From assembly GCA_947303085.1 (NCBI GenBank), contig CAMYXP010000005.1, forward strand, positions 71,046 to 135,045: a DNA stretch of 64,000 nucleotides, given 5' to 3'. This DNA comes from an uncultured Bacteroidales bacterium (GTDB taxonomy: Bacteria; Bacteroidota; Bacteroidia; Bacteroidales; F082). Of the stretch, positions 1 through 9,102 are shown piece by piece. The position numbers and the translations under genes were made by a program. The notes below the pieces were generated by a model. It saw only the letters and a list, made by a program, of their open reading frames with translations. It did not search any database and was not told the origin of the DNA. How positions within the stretch are numbered: the stretch's first letter is position 1; every line of letters begins with the position of its first letter.

Positions 1-759
1 TTCCAGACCAAGCTTTGTAATCTGGTTTTCAAGCTTAGTTTTTTCAGATCCGTCACCGATAATATACAACTGAGCGTCGTCATCAGCCTTTGCGAAAGCC
101 TCAATCAGCACATCGAAAGCCTTGATTGGCACAAGATTTCCAACTGAAACATAAACAAATGGCGACAAATTTTTGTTTTTCCCGCCATAGCTGTAAATCT
201 GGTTGTCAACCATATCAGGAATCACAGAGCTATCATGGTTGAAATTTTGTAAAATATTGTCTGCCAACGCTTTAGACACACAAATCAAGCTATTACATCG
301 ATTATAGGCTTTTGCTGCAACTTTTTTGTCCAAAGCACTGATTTCACTGGCAGGTTTGTTGATTTTGCTGCTGTGTTCGGTGACAACAAGCGGAATGCCG
401 TATTTTTTCTTGATGACAGTGGCAATGGCAGCGATACTGTAAAAATGAGCGTGGACCACATCAGGTTTGCCAAACGATTTCAGCATAGCGCGGAATGGAA
501 TCAGCAGTAGTCTTTGCAATATCGGCAAAGCCCTGCGATACACGTTGATTGGCAGTGAGAACTCAAAGACATGAACGCCGTCGCATTCATATTTGAACAA
601 GCCGTATTTCCTCTTAAACGACCTCGCTCTGAAGTCGATAGCGATAAAAGCCACCTCAATCCCTTGTTTAGCCAAAGCTTTCGCCTGGTCGAACTCAAAA
701 ATACCGTTAAGCGGGTATTGCTGATTGGGTTTCCCTCTGGAAATTACGGCTACTTTCAT
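1..759 (-). CDS. Glycosyltransferase family 4/GT1, N-terminal part (C-terminus runs off the window edge)
   Basis: My own translation from the ATG at 759 reads MKVAVISRGKPNQQYPLNGIFEFDQAKALAKQG...HAHFYS...VVTEHSS...LYIIGDGSE and stays open to position 1. It is absent from the ORF track because it is edge-truncated. Typical GT4 N-domain pattern. Confidence 0.7.
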   Translation of the reverse strand, partial: MKVAVISRGKPNQQYPLNGIFEFDQAKALAKQGIEVAFIAIDFRARSFKRKYGLFKYECDGVHVFEFSLPINVYRRALPILQRLLLIPFRAMLKSFGKPDVVHAHFYSIAAIATVIKKKYGIPLVVTEHSSKINKPASEISALDKKVAAKAYNRCNSLICVSKALADNILQNFNHDSSVIPDMVDNQIYSYGGKNKNLSPFVYVSVGNLVPIKAFDVLIEAFAKADDDAQLYIIGDGSEKTKLENQITKLGLE

Positions 760-761
760 CG

Positions 762-1559
762 CTAATGCATTTCAACATGAATAATATGCGTGACGCGCTT
801 TTCTTCCGGCGGAATTTGCATGAAATTCGGATATATCGCCTCAAGATATTTGTCGGGTTGGCTTGGCGCCAAAAACTTATGATTCTCAAAAGTGACTTCC
901 GAAAGCGGATAAACCCAGTCTTTCGAATACACGCAAGCGTATGGACAATAACGAGTTACGTCGTAACCGAGCTTCGTCTTGGACTTCAGGCAAAGTATTT
1001 TCCAAACAGCCAGACACGACCATTTTATAATCGGGAAAAATATGCTTGCAAAATGATTTTTCAAGGTGATATTATGTTTTACACCGAAAAACCAGTTGAC
1101 TTTCGATATCCATTTCAGCAAAAACTTCCTCAGTTTCGGACTCACATCGGGGTAATCGGTTACGACAAAGATGTCGATATAAAGACCTTTGTTGTAATCT
1201 TTTGTAAAATCCTCGTGACGAGTAATAAACATTGAGTTTTTGTCGCGCACTTTCAATATCGGCATCAGGAAATCGGGGTCGCTTTCAGGTGTCTGGAGGA
1301 ACAGGTTTTCGGGCAGTTCCTTCGGCGCAATCTCCTGAAATTTCTTGTAATCCTCGATTGGCATTGCAATATCGAGGTCATCGTCCCAAGGAATAAACCC
1401 CTGATGTCGCACAGCACCCAGCAACGAGCCGAAATCAATCCAATATTTGATGTCATGTTTGCGGCAGACCTTGTCGATCTCGACTACAATGTCAAGCAAG
1501 CGCAACTGCATCTGTCTCAACAGCGTACCTTCTCCGTTATATTTTGAAAAATCTTCCAT
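762..1559 (-). CDS. licD: LicD family protein (phosphocholine/phospho-alcohol transferase family)
   Basis: LRLLDIVVEIDKVCRKHDIKYWIDFGSLLGAVRHQGFIPWDDDLDIAMP matches the LicD signature (GTLLGAVRH.GFIPWDDD.D). Confidence 0.8.
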   Translation of the reverse strand: MEDFSKYNGEGTLLRQMQLRLLDIVVEIDKVCRKHDIKYWIDFGSLLGAVRHQGFIPWDDDLDIAMPIEDYKKFQEIAPKELPENLFLQTPESDPDFLMPILKVRDKNSMFITRHEDFTKDYNKGLYIDIFVVTDYPDVSPKLRKFLLKWISKVNWFFGVKHNITLKNHFASIFFPIIKWSCLAVWKILCLKSKTKLGYDVTRYCPYACVYSKDWVYPLSEVTFENHKFLAPSQPDKYLEAIYPNFMQIPPEEKRVTHIIHVEMH

Positions 1560-1564
1560 TTCAA

Positions 1565-2191
1565 TTATTTTGATGCTATAACTCTGATGTAGGTCTCATC
1601 GGTGCCGTTGTAAGGGGCAAAACCCTTGCGCTCGGCGGCGAAGTCAATATGAAAACCTATGGTTTCCAGTGTTTTACATAAATCTTCAAAATTCAAAAAC
1701 CTACGATAATGTCCGTTGAGAATGAAGGCGTCAGGCTCACCGTCGACAGGCTCTCCAACCTTATAAATCTCATTTTTCTGTCCTCTGACCTCAATGCAAA
1801 GGCAACCTCCGGCATTCAGATTGCGATAAGCCCACGACAACACGTCATTTTCCTGACTTTGCGAGATGGAATGAAGCGTAAAACGCGAATAAACGACATC
1901 ATATTTCGTGACATCGTCCATACTGGTGAAATCCAAACATTTAAACTGCAGGTTCTCAACTTTTTGAAAACGATGGTTCAGCAGTTCGATGATGTTATCG
2001 CATTGGTCGACAGCTGTTACGTTGGCGTTGGCATTGGCGAAAAATATAGCGTCGCGACCATTGCCGCAGCCCAGTTCAATTAGATTTTTGCCTTCAACCG
2101 ACTGTGTATCAACAACATATCTGGCAAAAAGCGATGGCTGCTCACCTTCCGACTGTTTCGAATAAATATCTTTCCAATAATTTTTATCCAT
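1565..2191 (-). CDS. Class I SAM-dependent methyltransferase
   Basis: Motif I LIELGCGNGRDAIFFA; about 208 aa; Rossmann-type layout. Confidence 0.75.
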   Translation of the reverse strand: MDKNYWKDIYSKQSEGEQPSLFARYVVDTQSVEGKNLIELGCGNGRDAIFFANANANVTAVDQCDNIIELLNHRFQKVENLQFKCLDFTSMDDVTKYDVVYSRFTLHSISQSQENDVLSWAYRNLNAGGCLCIEVRGQKNEIYKVGEPVDGEPDAFILNGHYRRFLNFEDLCKTLETIGFHIDFAAERKGFAPYNGTDETYIRVIASK

Positions 2192-2193
2192 TA

Positions 2194-3501
2194 TTATTGT
2201 ATTAATCCATTTAATAGTTCAGCATATTTTTGGGTCAGATTTCGTCTTGAATACTGTTCAACGGCTTCATTATGTTTTGTAACCAATTGATTATCTTGAT
2301 GTTTCTGCATCATATCCAAGATTATAGCTTTCATCTTTTCCTTATCGTTGAAATCGACCGTGATGCCGGTTTGCGTCTCATTTAAAATCCTTGCCGAGTC
2401 GCCGTCTTCCGGTCCGATGCACAAAATCGGGCGACCAGATGCCATGTATTCGAATATTTTCCCCGTCAGGATGCCCTTCGCGTTCGGTGTATTGTTGACA
2501 AACAACAACAGCACATCCGACTTCGCCTGTTCCTCAACTACTTGATTATGAGGGATATACGGGGTTATCTCGACGTAATTTTCGATATTGTGACATTTTA
2601 TAGATCCGATGACGGAATTGTCGACCTGACCAATCAAACGGATCCGTATTGGTAGAGACGCACGGCCGTGCGTCTCTACAATATCCGATATTGCCGACCA
2701 AAACATTTCCGGGTTGCGGTTCGCGCCCACAATCCCTATGTGCGACATCGTGAATGTTGATGTATGATTTTGACAATTCGATTGCATCGAATTGTCAAAA
2801 TCATACCCGTTGGTAATCACCGCGACATCCTTCGCGCCGTGGTTTTCCAATCCTTTTGCGCAGTCCCAACCTATCGTTACCACCTTCGTCGCCTCCGTCA
2901 GAACACCCCGCTCCAACCGATGATGTTTCCTGTCGGCACAACGTGTCAGCCTCAAATCTTTGTAGAAATCAATGTCGGTCCACGGGTCGCGGAAATCGGC
3001 AACCCACGGGATGTTGAATTTTTTATGCAACGCCCTGGCAATCAGATGCATAGAGTGCGGTGGACCCGTCGAAATCATGGCATCGACAGGATGTTCCTTC
3101 AAATAATTTGTCAGATATTTCACCGATGGCTTAATCCACCAGCAGCGCGCGTCGGGAATGAAGAAATTGCCTCGTAACCAAACACTTAGGTTCTCTTTCC
3201 AGCCGCTTTTCTTCGCACCCTCGTTGATGAAGCCCGCCTTCACCTTCTCCCCTTTTTTCATCCCGAGGAACTTCTTGTAAATGGTGTAAGGCTCCACTAT
3301 AGGTCGTCTGATAACCTCCGCCTCCGGTGCCACATCGTTCTCAAGCGACTTGTCCTCGACAGGATACTCAGCATCGTCAGCAGTGTAAATCACTGGCTGC
3401 CAACCGTTTTCGGGCAGGTACTTCGACATCTTCAGCCAGCGCTGAACGCCCGAACCTCCCGACGGCGGCCAATAATATGTGATTATCAGGACGCGTTTCA
3501 T
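2194..3501 (-). CDS. Glycosyltransferase family 4 (Bacteroidota WPPSGGSG type)
   Basis: N-terminus MKRVLIITYYWPPSGGSGVQRWLKMSKYL; C-terminal E...GRPIL GT-B motif region. Contains an in-frame 28-nt palindrome (see the repeat at 2652). Confidence 0.8.
   Translation of the reverse strand: MKRVLIITYYWPPSGGSGVQRWLKMSKYLPENGWQPVIYTADDAEYPVEDKSLENDVAPEAEVIRRPIVEPYTIYKKFLGMKKGEKVKAGFINEGAKKSGWKENLSVWLRGNFFIPDARCWWIKPSVKYLTNYLKEHPVDAMISTGPPHSMHLIARALHKKFNIPWVADFRDPWTDIDFYKDLRLTRCADRKHHRLERGVLTEATKVVTIGWDCAKGLENHGAKDVAVITNGYDFDNSMQSNCQNHTSTFTMSHIGIVGANRNPEMFWSAISDIVETHGRASLPIRIRLIGQVDNSVIGSIKCHNIENYVEITPYIPHNQVVEEQAKSDVLLLFVNNTPNAKGILTGKIFEYMASGRPILCIGPEDGDSARILNETQTGITVDFNDKEKMKAIILDMMQKHQDNQLVTKHNEAVEQYSRRNLTQKYAELLNGLIQ
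2652..2679. repeat. 28-nt perfect palindrome GTAGAGACGCACGGCCGTGCGTCTCTAC inside the GT4 CDS
   Basis: The sequence is exactly self-complementary (13-nt arms around a central GC). It is read in frame as VETHGRASL in the 2194..3501 protein. A near-identical copy lies at 41061. Confidence 0.9.
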
Positions 3502-5930
3502 TTCTTCTTAAAAGTCATGCAACAAACTGCCACAAATCCAGCCAAAATCAGCAGCGACGTGATTAACTGAATCGCGTTTCCAACTCTCCAAATGATTGGT
3601 TCATAACGCATTACAATCTCGTGCTGTCCTGCCGGAACGATAGCCGAACGTAAGATGTAATCGCTTCTGAACAACGGACTCTCGACACCGTCAATCCACA
3701 TCGTCCAGCCTTTCTTGGTCCAGATTTCAGAGAAGACCACGAGTTCATCTTTCGACGAATCGAAGTTATATCTCAACTGATTCGGTTGATACTCAACGAG
3801 TTGAATGGCTCCTTCAGCTGGTGACGCATTGAAATCGCCAACCACATCCTTGAACTCTTCATTGACAATAGCCACGTTCCTCACGTCGGTGTCGGCGATG
3901 GCGTCAATCTCCTCATTCGGCGTCGTAACCCACTTGATATCCGATACAATCCAAGCGTTTCCGAAGGCTTCATAATTTCTTGAAGCCATCTTCTGATTGT
4001 CTTTCGGATAAATTAAGTATCTGGTATTCAACATGTTAAGCACTTTCCAGTAGTTCATGTCGCGCTTCGTGAGATAGTGGTCGATGATATCTTGATAACG
4101 ACGGAGCTTAGCGCCGCTGTAGCCGCCTATCGACTTGTGGAAATACGAGGTACTGGCGTCGTTGAAAGTACTCACAGTGAGGTTAATCACACGATAATCA
4201 AGGGTTTCGTCGTTCAAAATCTGTCGATCGACCTCGCTCATCACGAAAGGCTTGTCAGCTTTGCGTTTATCAATGAAATTGCTGTTGTTGAGATAACGTC
4301 TGTCGATGGTATACATATCCACCAAAACCAACGCCGCCAATATCGGGAACATGTAGTTTTTATTCAATTTCCCGCTGATAGTCAACAAGATAATAATTCC
4401 AGCGATATAAATATACAAGAAGCTGCGAATAGCGTCGGCACGGAAGATGGCTACACGCGCGTTGGCGAGCTGCTCGGCGAATGTCGCATAGATGGCACCG
4501 TCTTTCCCAGCCTGAAGCTGTTGAAACTGAACGGCTTCGGCCTTACTCAAGAAGCTGAAGAACGTCTGTGGCATCGCGTAGAACAACAGGCAAAGTCCGC
4601 CCGTGATACCTAACGAGATATACAGATATTTCTTGTTTTGCTTAAGCATTTCAGGGTTTTTGAAGATCTCAGCCAAGGCGAGGAAGGCGAGCAACGGCAT
4701 GCACACCTCAGCAATCACCAGCGTCATAGAGACGGCTCGGAATTTATTGTAACCCGGCACGTAATCGAGGAAGAAATCGGTGAATCCCATGAAATTCTTG
4801 CCCCAGCTAAGCAAAATCGACAGCACCGTGGCGGCGAGAAGCACCCATTTATATTTGCCTTTCACCACGAAAAGTCCCAAAACGAAGAGGAAACACACTA
4901 TAGCACCCACGTAAACCGGACCGCTGGTGCCAGGCTGGTCGCCCCAGTAGGCGTTCTGCTGCGCTATGGTCGAACGGAATCGTGAGTCGCATTTGTCCAA
5001 AGCCTTGTTGTCGTTTCCGATATACGCCGAGGCGCCGCCTTTCACGTTCGGAATCATCAGGCTCCACGTCTCGCCTATGCCGTAGCTCCATTGCGTAACA
5101 TAGTCTCTGTCAAGGCCTTTCGTCTGATTCTCGACATTTTTCGTCAACACTGGTTTACCGCGCATGGTCTCTTTTCCGAACTCCATATTCGCGTACAGCG
5201 TGGTGGTGCATGTCAATATGGCAACAACCGCGACACCCACAAGAATGCCGCTAGCTTTGAGAAAATGAACATATTTTTTCGTCTTCATCGTCTCAACAAA
5301 CTCGCCAATCAAAATACATACCACAATCAAGAGCAGATAATAGGTTATTTGCAGGTGACCGGCCACTATTTCAAGTGCCAGAGCCATAGCTGTCAGAACC
5401 GCTCCCCATAGATATTTCCCCTTGTAAGTCAATAAGATACCAGCTATAACGGGTGCCATATATGCCATCGCGATAGCTTTGGAGTTATGCCCCGCCCCAA
5501 TCACAATGAACAGATACGACGTGAAGCCGTATGCCAGCGCTCCTATGAAACTTATCCAGATACTGCAATCAAGCACCAAAAGCAGGATGAAAAAGCCCAA
5601 CATGCTGATAAAGACAGCACCCAACGACGACGGCAGCCGCAGTCTCAACCATTTATTGACATAAACAAAAAGGTTGCTGTTTTGCGGCACCCCGATGTTC
5701 CATGCCGGCATTCCGCCGAACATTGAATTGGTCCACAGGCTCTGCTCGCCGGTTTTTGCTTTAAAATCAACGATTTCCTGCGACATTCCCTTATACATCT
5801 CAATGTCGTGCTGCTTCAGACGCTTGCCATGCATCACTGGCGAAAAATAAATCAGCGTAATCACCGCGAAAGCGACGATGCAAAGAGCTATATAAACGGC
5901 TTTTTTGTTTTCTGCGAAGAATTTATTCAT
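3498..5930 (-). CDS. YfhO family polytopic membrane glycosyltransferase-like protein
   Basis: Many TM helices; N-terminus MNKFFAENKK...LWTNSMFGGMPAW is typical of Bacteroidota YfhO. Start moved to the internal Met at 5930, because the track start at 6056 overlaps the upstream CDS by 116 nt. Confidence 0.75.
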   Translation of the reverse strand: MNKFFAENKKAVYIALCIVAFAVITLIYFSPVMHGKRLKQHDIEMYKGMSQEIVDFKAKTGEQSLWTNSMFGGMPAWNIGVPQNSNLFVYVNKWLRLRLPSSLGAVFISMLGFFILLLVLDCSIWISFIGALAYGFTSYLFIVIGAGHNSKAIAMAYMAPVIAGILLTYKGKYLWGAVLTAMALALEIVAGHLQITYYLLLIVVCILIGEFVETMKTKKYVHFLKASGILVGVAVVAILTCTTTLYANMEFGKETMRGKPVLTKNVENQTKGLDRDYVTQWSYGIGETWSLMIPNVKGGASAYIGNDNKALDKCDSRFRSTIAQQNAYWGDQPGTSGPVYVGAIVCFLFVLGLFVVKGKYKWVLLAATVLSILLSWGKNFMGFTDFFLDYVPGYNKFRAVSMTLVIAEVCMPLLAFLALAEIFKNPEMLKQNKKYLYISLGITGGLCLLFYAMPQTFFSFLSKAEAVQFQQLQAGKDGAIYATFAEQLANARVAIFRADAIRSFLYIYIAGIIILLTISGKLNKNYMFPILAALVLVDMYTIDRRYLNNSNFIDKRKADKPFVMSEVDRQILNDETLDYRVINLTVSTFNDASTSYFHKSIGGYSGAKLRRYQDIIDHYLTKRDMNYWKVLNMLNTRYLIYPKDNQKMASRNYEAFGNAWIVSDIKWVTTPNEEIDAIADTDVRNVAIVNEEFKDVVGDFNASPAEGAIQLVEYQPNQLRYNFDSSKDELVVFSEIWTKKGWTMWIDGVESPLFRSDYILRSAIVPAGQHEIVMRYEPIIWRVGNAIQLITSLLILAGFVAVCCMTFKKK

Positions 5931-5940
5931 ATCTAACTCA

Positions 5941-7302
5941 TTAATTACCTTGATACTCATAGCATCCCATGTCGATTCTTCCGCCACAGATGCGCTGTCT
6001 GCCAGCCAAATCAACGAAAGGAATAAACAGTCCGCCGACATTCTCAAGTCCTGCATTTATACACGGACTACTTGCCACCAATTGATAATTATGGCGTGGC
6101 TCACTGATAAACAGCGGATTGACATCAATCATATTAATATAGTTTTCATCAGTCAAATATTCTTTTCCGTATATTGAATCAAAGCCATATTGAACGGTGC
6201 CGTTTTGAAAAACCGGACGGCAATCCATGCCCCAGAGCCAAATCTGTGAACCGTTGTAATATTCGACGGTATCATTATTATTAAAAGAATAAATCGCATG
6301 ATTTCCCCAGAAAATACAGTTGTTTAACTTAGGGCTGGCATCGAAGGCGTTCTGCATGCCGGCACCACCTCCACCGCCACAGTAGTTATTAACTATCGTA
6401 AGATTGTTCAGCTCAGGGTCAGAAGTGGCTATGGCAATAGCACCGCCGTAATGCACCACATAATTGTTGTATGCAAGCATATTTGCCACTTTCACATCAT
6501 AATCTTTACAACGTTGAATACCCAAACCGCCAGCGTTTACTGCTTTATTATTATAAAACACAACATTTTTCAATTCCATGTCGCAACTGTCGATATTCAT
6601 GCCTCCGCCGTATGCCGTTTCACTGTAATTGTCATGAAAAACCATGTCGTGCATGTTGATATCGCATTTCAGGAATTGGAAACCGATGCCCCAAGTATAA
6701 TCAGGAGGACATGCAACAGCCAGATTTTCATACACTTCGCAGTCGTGAATATTGAACGACGAGTTTTCAGCATACAAAGCACCGCCTCTTCTGCGTGTTG
6801 TGTTATGATGGAATCGACAGTTATCCATCTCCATATCATTAGTCATAAAGATTCGCATCACACCACCATCGACACCATAAGGAACTTTTCCATACGAAAA
6901 ATCACAATAATGCAAAGCAATATCACCGGCTTTTTGGAAATAAATACCCTTCCAGCTGCCAAGTTCAGGCTCGTCATAGTTTGAATAGCCCGTCGTGTCG
7001 GCAACTTTAAACGTAATTCTTGATTTTTCCCTGCCGTTGGCATATAAATTACCCAAAACGGTTATTTCATAATATCCGTCGGCAATGACTGATGTGCCTG
7101 CTTCGATGGTCAATGTCTCACCGTCAGGAACAATAACATCACCAACAATATGTACCTTACCTTTCCACACACCCGACTGATTACCAGACACTTTAGTGAT
7201 TTTCGTCACCGGAGTGCTAGGCTCGGCAACACTTTTTTCGCGTTTACAGCTACTGATCATAATAGCACAAACAGCAAAAACTATCAGTAAGAAATTTTTC
7301 AT
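5941..7302 (-). CDS. Right-handed parallel beta-helix repeat lipoprotein
   Basis: Lipoprotein signal MKNFLLIVFAVCAIMISSC. Repeated N-x-A/G-x-x-GGG/GGA rungs (NKAVNAGGLGI, NYVVHYGGAIAI, NYCGGGGGAGM) and a C-terminal GGRIDMGCYEY motif. Confidence 0.6.
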   Translation of the reverse strand: MKNFLLIVFAVCAIMISSCKREKSVAEPSTPVTKITKVSGNQSGVWKGKVHIVGDVIVPDGETLTIEAGTSVIADGYYEITVLGNLYANGREKSRITFKVADTTGYSNYDEPELGSWKGIYFQKAGDIALHYCDFSYGKVPYGVDGGVMRIFMTNDMEMDNCRFHHNTTRRRGGALYAENSSFNIHDCEVYENLAVACPPDYTWGIGFQFLKCDINMHDMVFHDNYSETAYGGGMNIDSCDMELKNVVFYNNKAVNAGGLGIQRCKDYDVKVANMLAYNNYVVHYGGAIAIATSDPELNNLTIVNNYCGGGGGAGMQNAFDASPKLNNCIFWGNHAIYSFNNNDTVEYYNGSQIWLWGMDCRPVFQNGTVQYGFDSIYGKEYLTDENYINMIDVNPLFISEPRHNYQLVASSPCINAGLENVGGLFIPFVDLAGRQRICGGRIDMGCYEYQGN

Positions 7303-7327
7303 AGCGTTAATGTTAATATTAATTTGA

Positions 7328-7335
7328 CAAAGATA
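7328..7335 (-). promoter_or_regulatory. Bacteroidota -7 box TATCTTTG (TAnnTTTG) for the beta-helix/YfhO/GT operon
   Basis: CAAAGATA on the plus strand, 26 nt upstream of the ATG at 7302. Confidence 0.5.
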
Positions 7336-7383
7336 CTAATTTTTTAAATAGGAGTCATAATGATTTTTTATTATTTTTGCATC

Positions 7384-9096
7384 ATGAAAAAAATCGTAAA
7401 ATATTTCGCGATTATCGTGTCGGCGGTTTTGCTGAGCCGTTGCGCCAACGTCGTCACCCCGACAGGAGGTCCGAAAGACGTGAAAGCACCTGTCGTGCTT
7501 GAGGCTTCGCCTGAAAACAACTCGACGAATTTCAAAGGCAAGACCATCCGCCTCACCTTCGACGAGTTCGTGACACTCAACAACGCCTCCAACAACGTGT
7601 TCATCTCACCTCCGATGAATAAGAAACCGACCTATCGCACAAGTGGTAAAACAGTGATTATCAAGTTCGAAGAGCCTCTAAAACCCGAGACGACATACTC
7701 CATCAACTTCGGCAACGCCATCAAAGACCTGCACGAAGGCAATATCTTTAAAGGCTACACCTTCAACTTCTCGACTGGCGACAAAATCGACTCGCTTTCA
7801 CTGAAAGGAAAAATCACCTCAGCCGAGACGCTCAAAGCCGCCGAAGGCTTCATCATCGGATTGTATACCAATGATAATGACACACTTACACTCGACTCGC
7901 TACCCTATCGTGTCAAGCCTAACTACGTGACCACCACCGACAAAAATGGCAATTTTGAGTTCTCAGGTCTCGCCGACAAAGATTATCTCATCTTCGCATT
8001 GAAAGACAATAACGCAAATCTCATTTTCGACCTCGCAACCGAGGAAATAGCTTTCAGTAAAGATTTGGTAAGACCGTATTACATTGAAAAACAAATAGTT
8101 AAAGATACAGTCAAAAACGACACTCTCGCAAAAACCGACACCGTTCTTGAAGTTAAAAAAGACGAGAATCCGGTTTATGAGATATTTTCTTTTGTGCAGG
8201 AAGACTCAATTCAGAAACTTTTCAAGAAAGAGCTGGTCGAGGCAGGGTTGCTCCGCTTCGTGTTCCGCTATCCGGCTAAAAATGTCGAGATAAAACCTCT
8301 CGAGGAACTGCCCGACACGTTCAATATCATGCAGGTTTATTCCTTAAGAAAAGACACGGTGCTGTGGTATTTCACGCCTAACAAAGACAGTCTCTGGATC
8401 AGCATCAACGACGGCGTAAACATCAGCGACACAACGCATTACAGCTTGAAACCTCGTCAGGCGGTGTCGAGAAGAAAACGCAAGATAGAGGAAAAAACCA
8501 TTAAGAAACTCGAGGTGAAAAACAACCTCAAGGGCAACAAACTCAAACCCGAACAGCCGTTGATTCTCTCGTTCAGCGAGCCTATCGTGAAATTAAGTCT
8601 CCCCGATTCCACCGACTTGCAACTTGAAAAATTCGATAAATACGGATTTAAGTATCAGATTATCAGCAACTTGAAGCCCGAAAACAAATATCAGTTCGTA
8701 ATCCCCGACTCGGTTTTCTTTGGCATACGAGGCTACACCAACGACACCGTAAAACTTAATTTACAGGTTATGGAAGAGTCGGAGTTCGGCAACATTTACC
8801 TCACCGTCGAGGTGCCTGAAGGCGTGCCACAACTCATAGTCGAACTCACCACCGAACAAGGCAAAGTTATTGATAAACAATTGATTACAAGCACTCAAGA
8901 GATAGCTTTCGAGTATCTCGACCCAGGCAAATATAAACTCAAAGCCACCTTAGACCTCGACGCCAACGGCGAATGGAGTCCGGGTAATTTCGACAGACGG
9001 CTGCAACCCGAGAAGATCATCTTCTACGACGGCACCCTCGAGGTGCGCGCCAACTGGGACATCGACTTGGACGAACCGTGGAAATTAGAAAAATAA
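7384..9096 (+). CDS. Ig-like (SbsA_Ig/Big_5-type) domain lipoprotein
   Basis: Signal MKKIVKYFAIIVSAVLLSRC, then PTGGPKDVKAPVVLEASPENNSTNF...IRLTFDEFV, typical of the N-terminal Ig-like domain family. Start taken at the second Met. Confidence 0.55.
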   Translation: MKKIVKYFAIIVSAVLLSRCANVVTPTGGPKDVKAPVVLEASPENNSTNFKGKTIRLTFDEFVTLNNASNNVFISPPMNKKPTYRTSGKTVIIKFEEPLKPETTYSINFGNAIKDLHEGNIFKGYTFNFSTGDKIDSLSLKGKITSAETLKAAEGFIIGLYTNDNDTLTLDSLPYRVKPNYVTTTDKNGNFEFSGLADKDYLIFALKDNNANLIFDLATEEIAFSKDLVRPYYIEKQIVKDTVKNDTLAKTDTVLEVKKDENPVYEIFSFVQEDSIQKLFKKELVEAGLLRFVFRYPAKNVEIKPLEELPDTFNIMQVYSLRKDTVLWYFTPNKDSLWISINDGVNISDTTHYSLKPRQAVSRRKRKIEEKTIKKLEVKNNLKGNKLKPEQPLILSFSEPIVKLSLPDSTDLQLEKFDKYGFKYQIISNLKPENKYQFVIPDSVFFGIRGYTNDTVKLNLQVMEESEFGNIYLTVEVPEGVPQLIVELTTEQGKVIDKQLITSTQEIAFEYLDPGKYKLKATLDLDANGEWSPGNFDRRLQPEKIIFYDGTLEVRANWDIDLDEPWKLEK

Positions 9097-9102
9097 TTAA
9101 AA

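Noticed and set aside
5931-6056. Longer start for the YfhO ORF.
   Set aside because: It overlaps the upstream beta-helix CDS by 116 nt. The Met at 5930 gives the typical MNKFF… N-terminus, 10 nt after the upstream stop.
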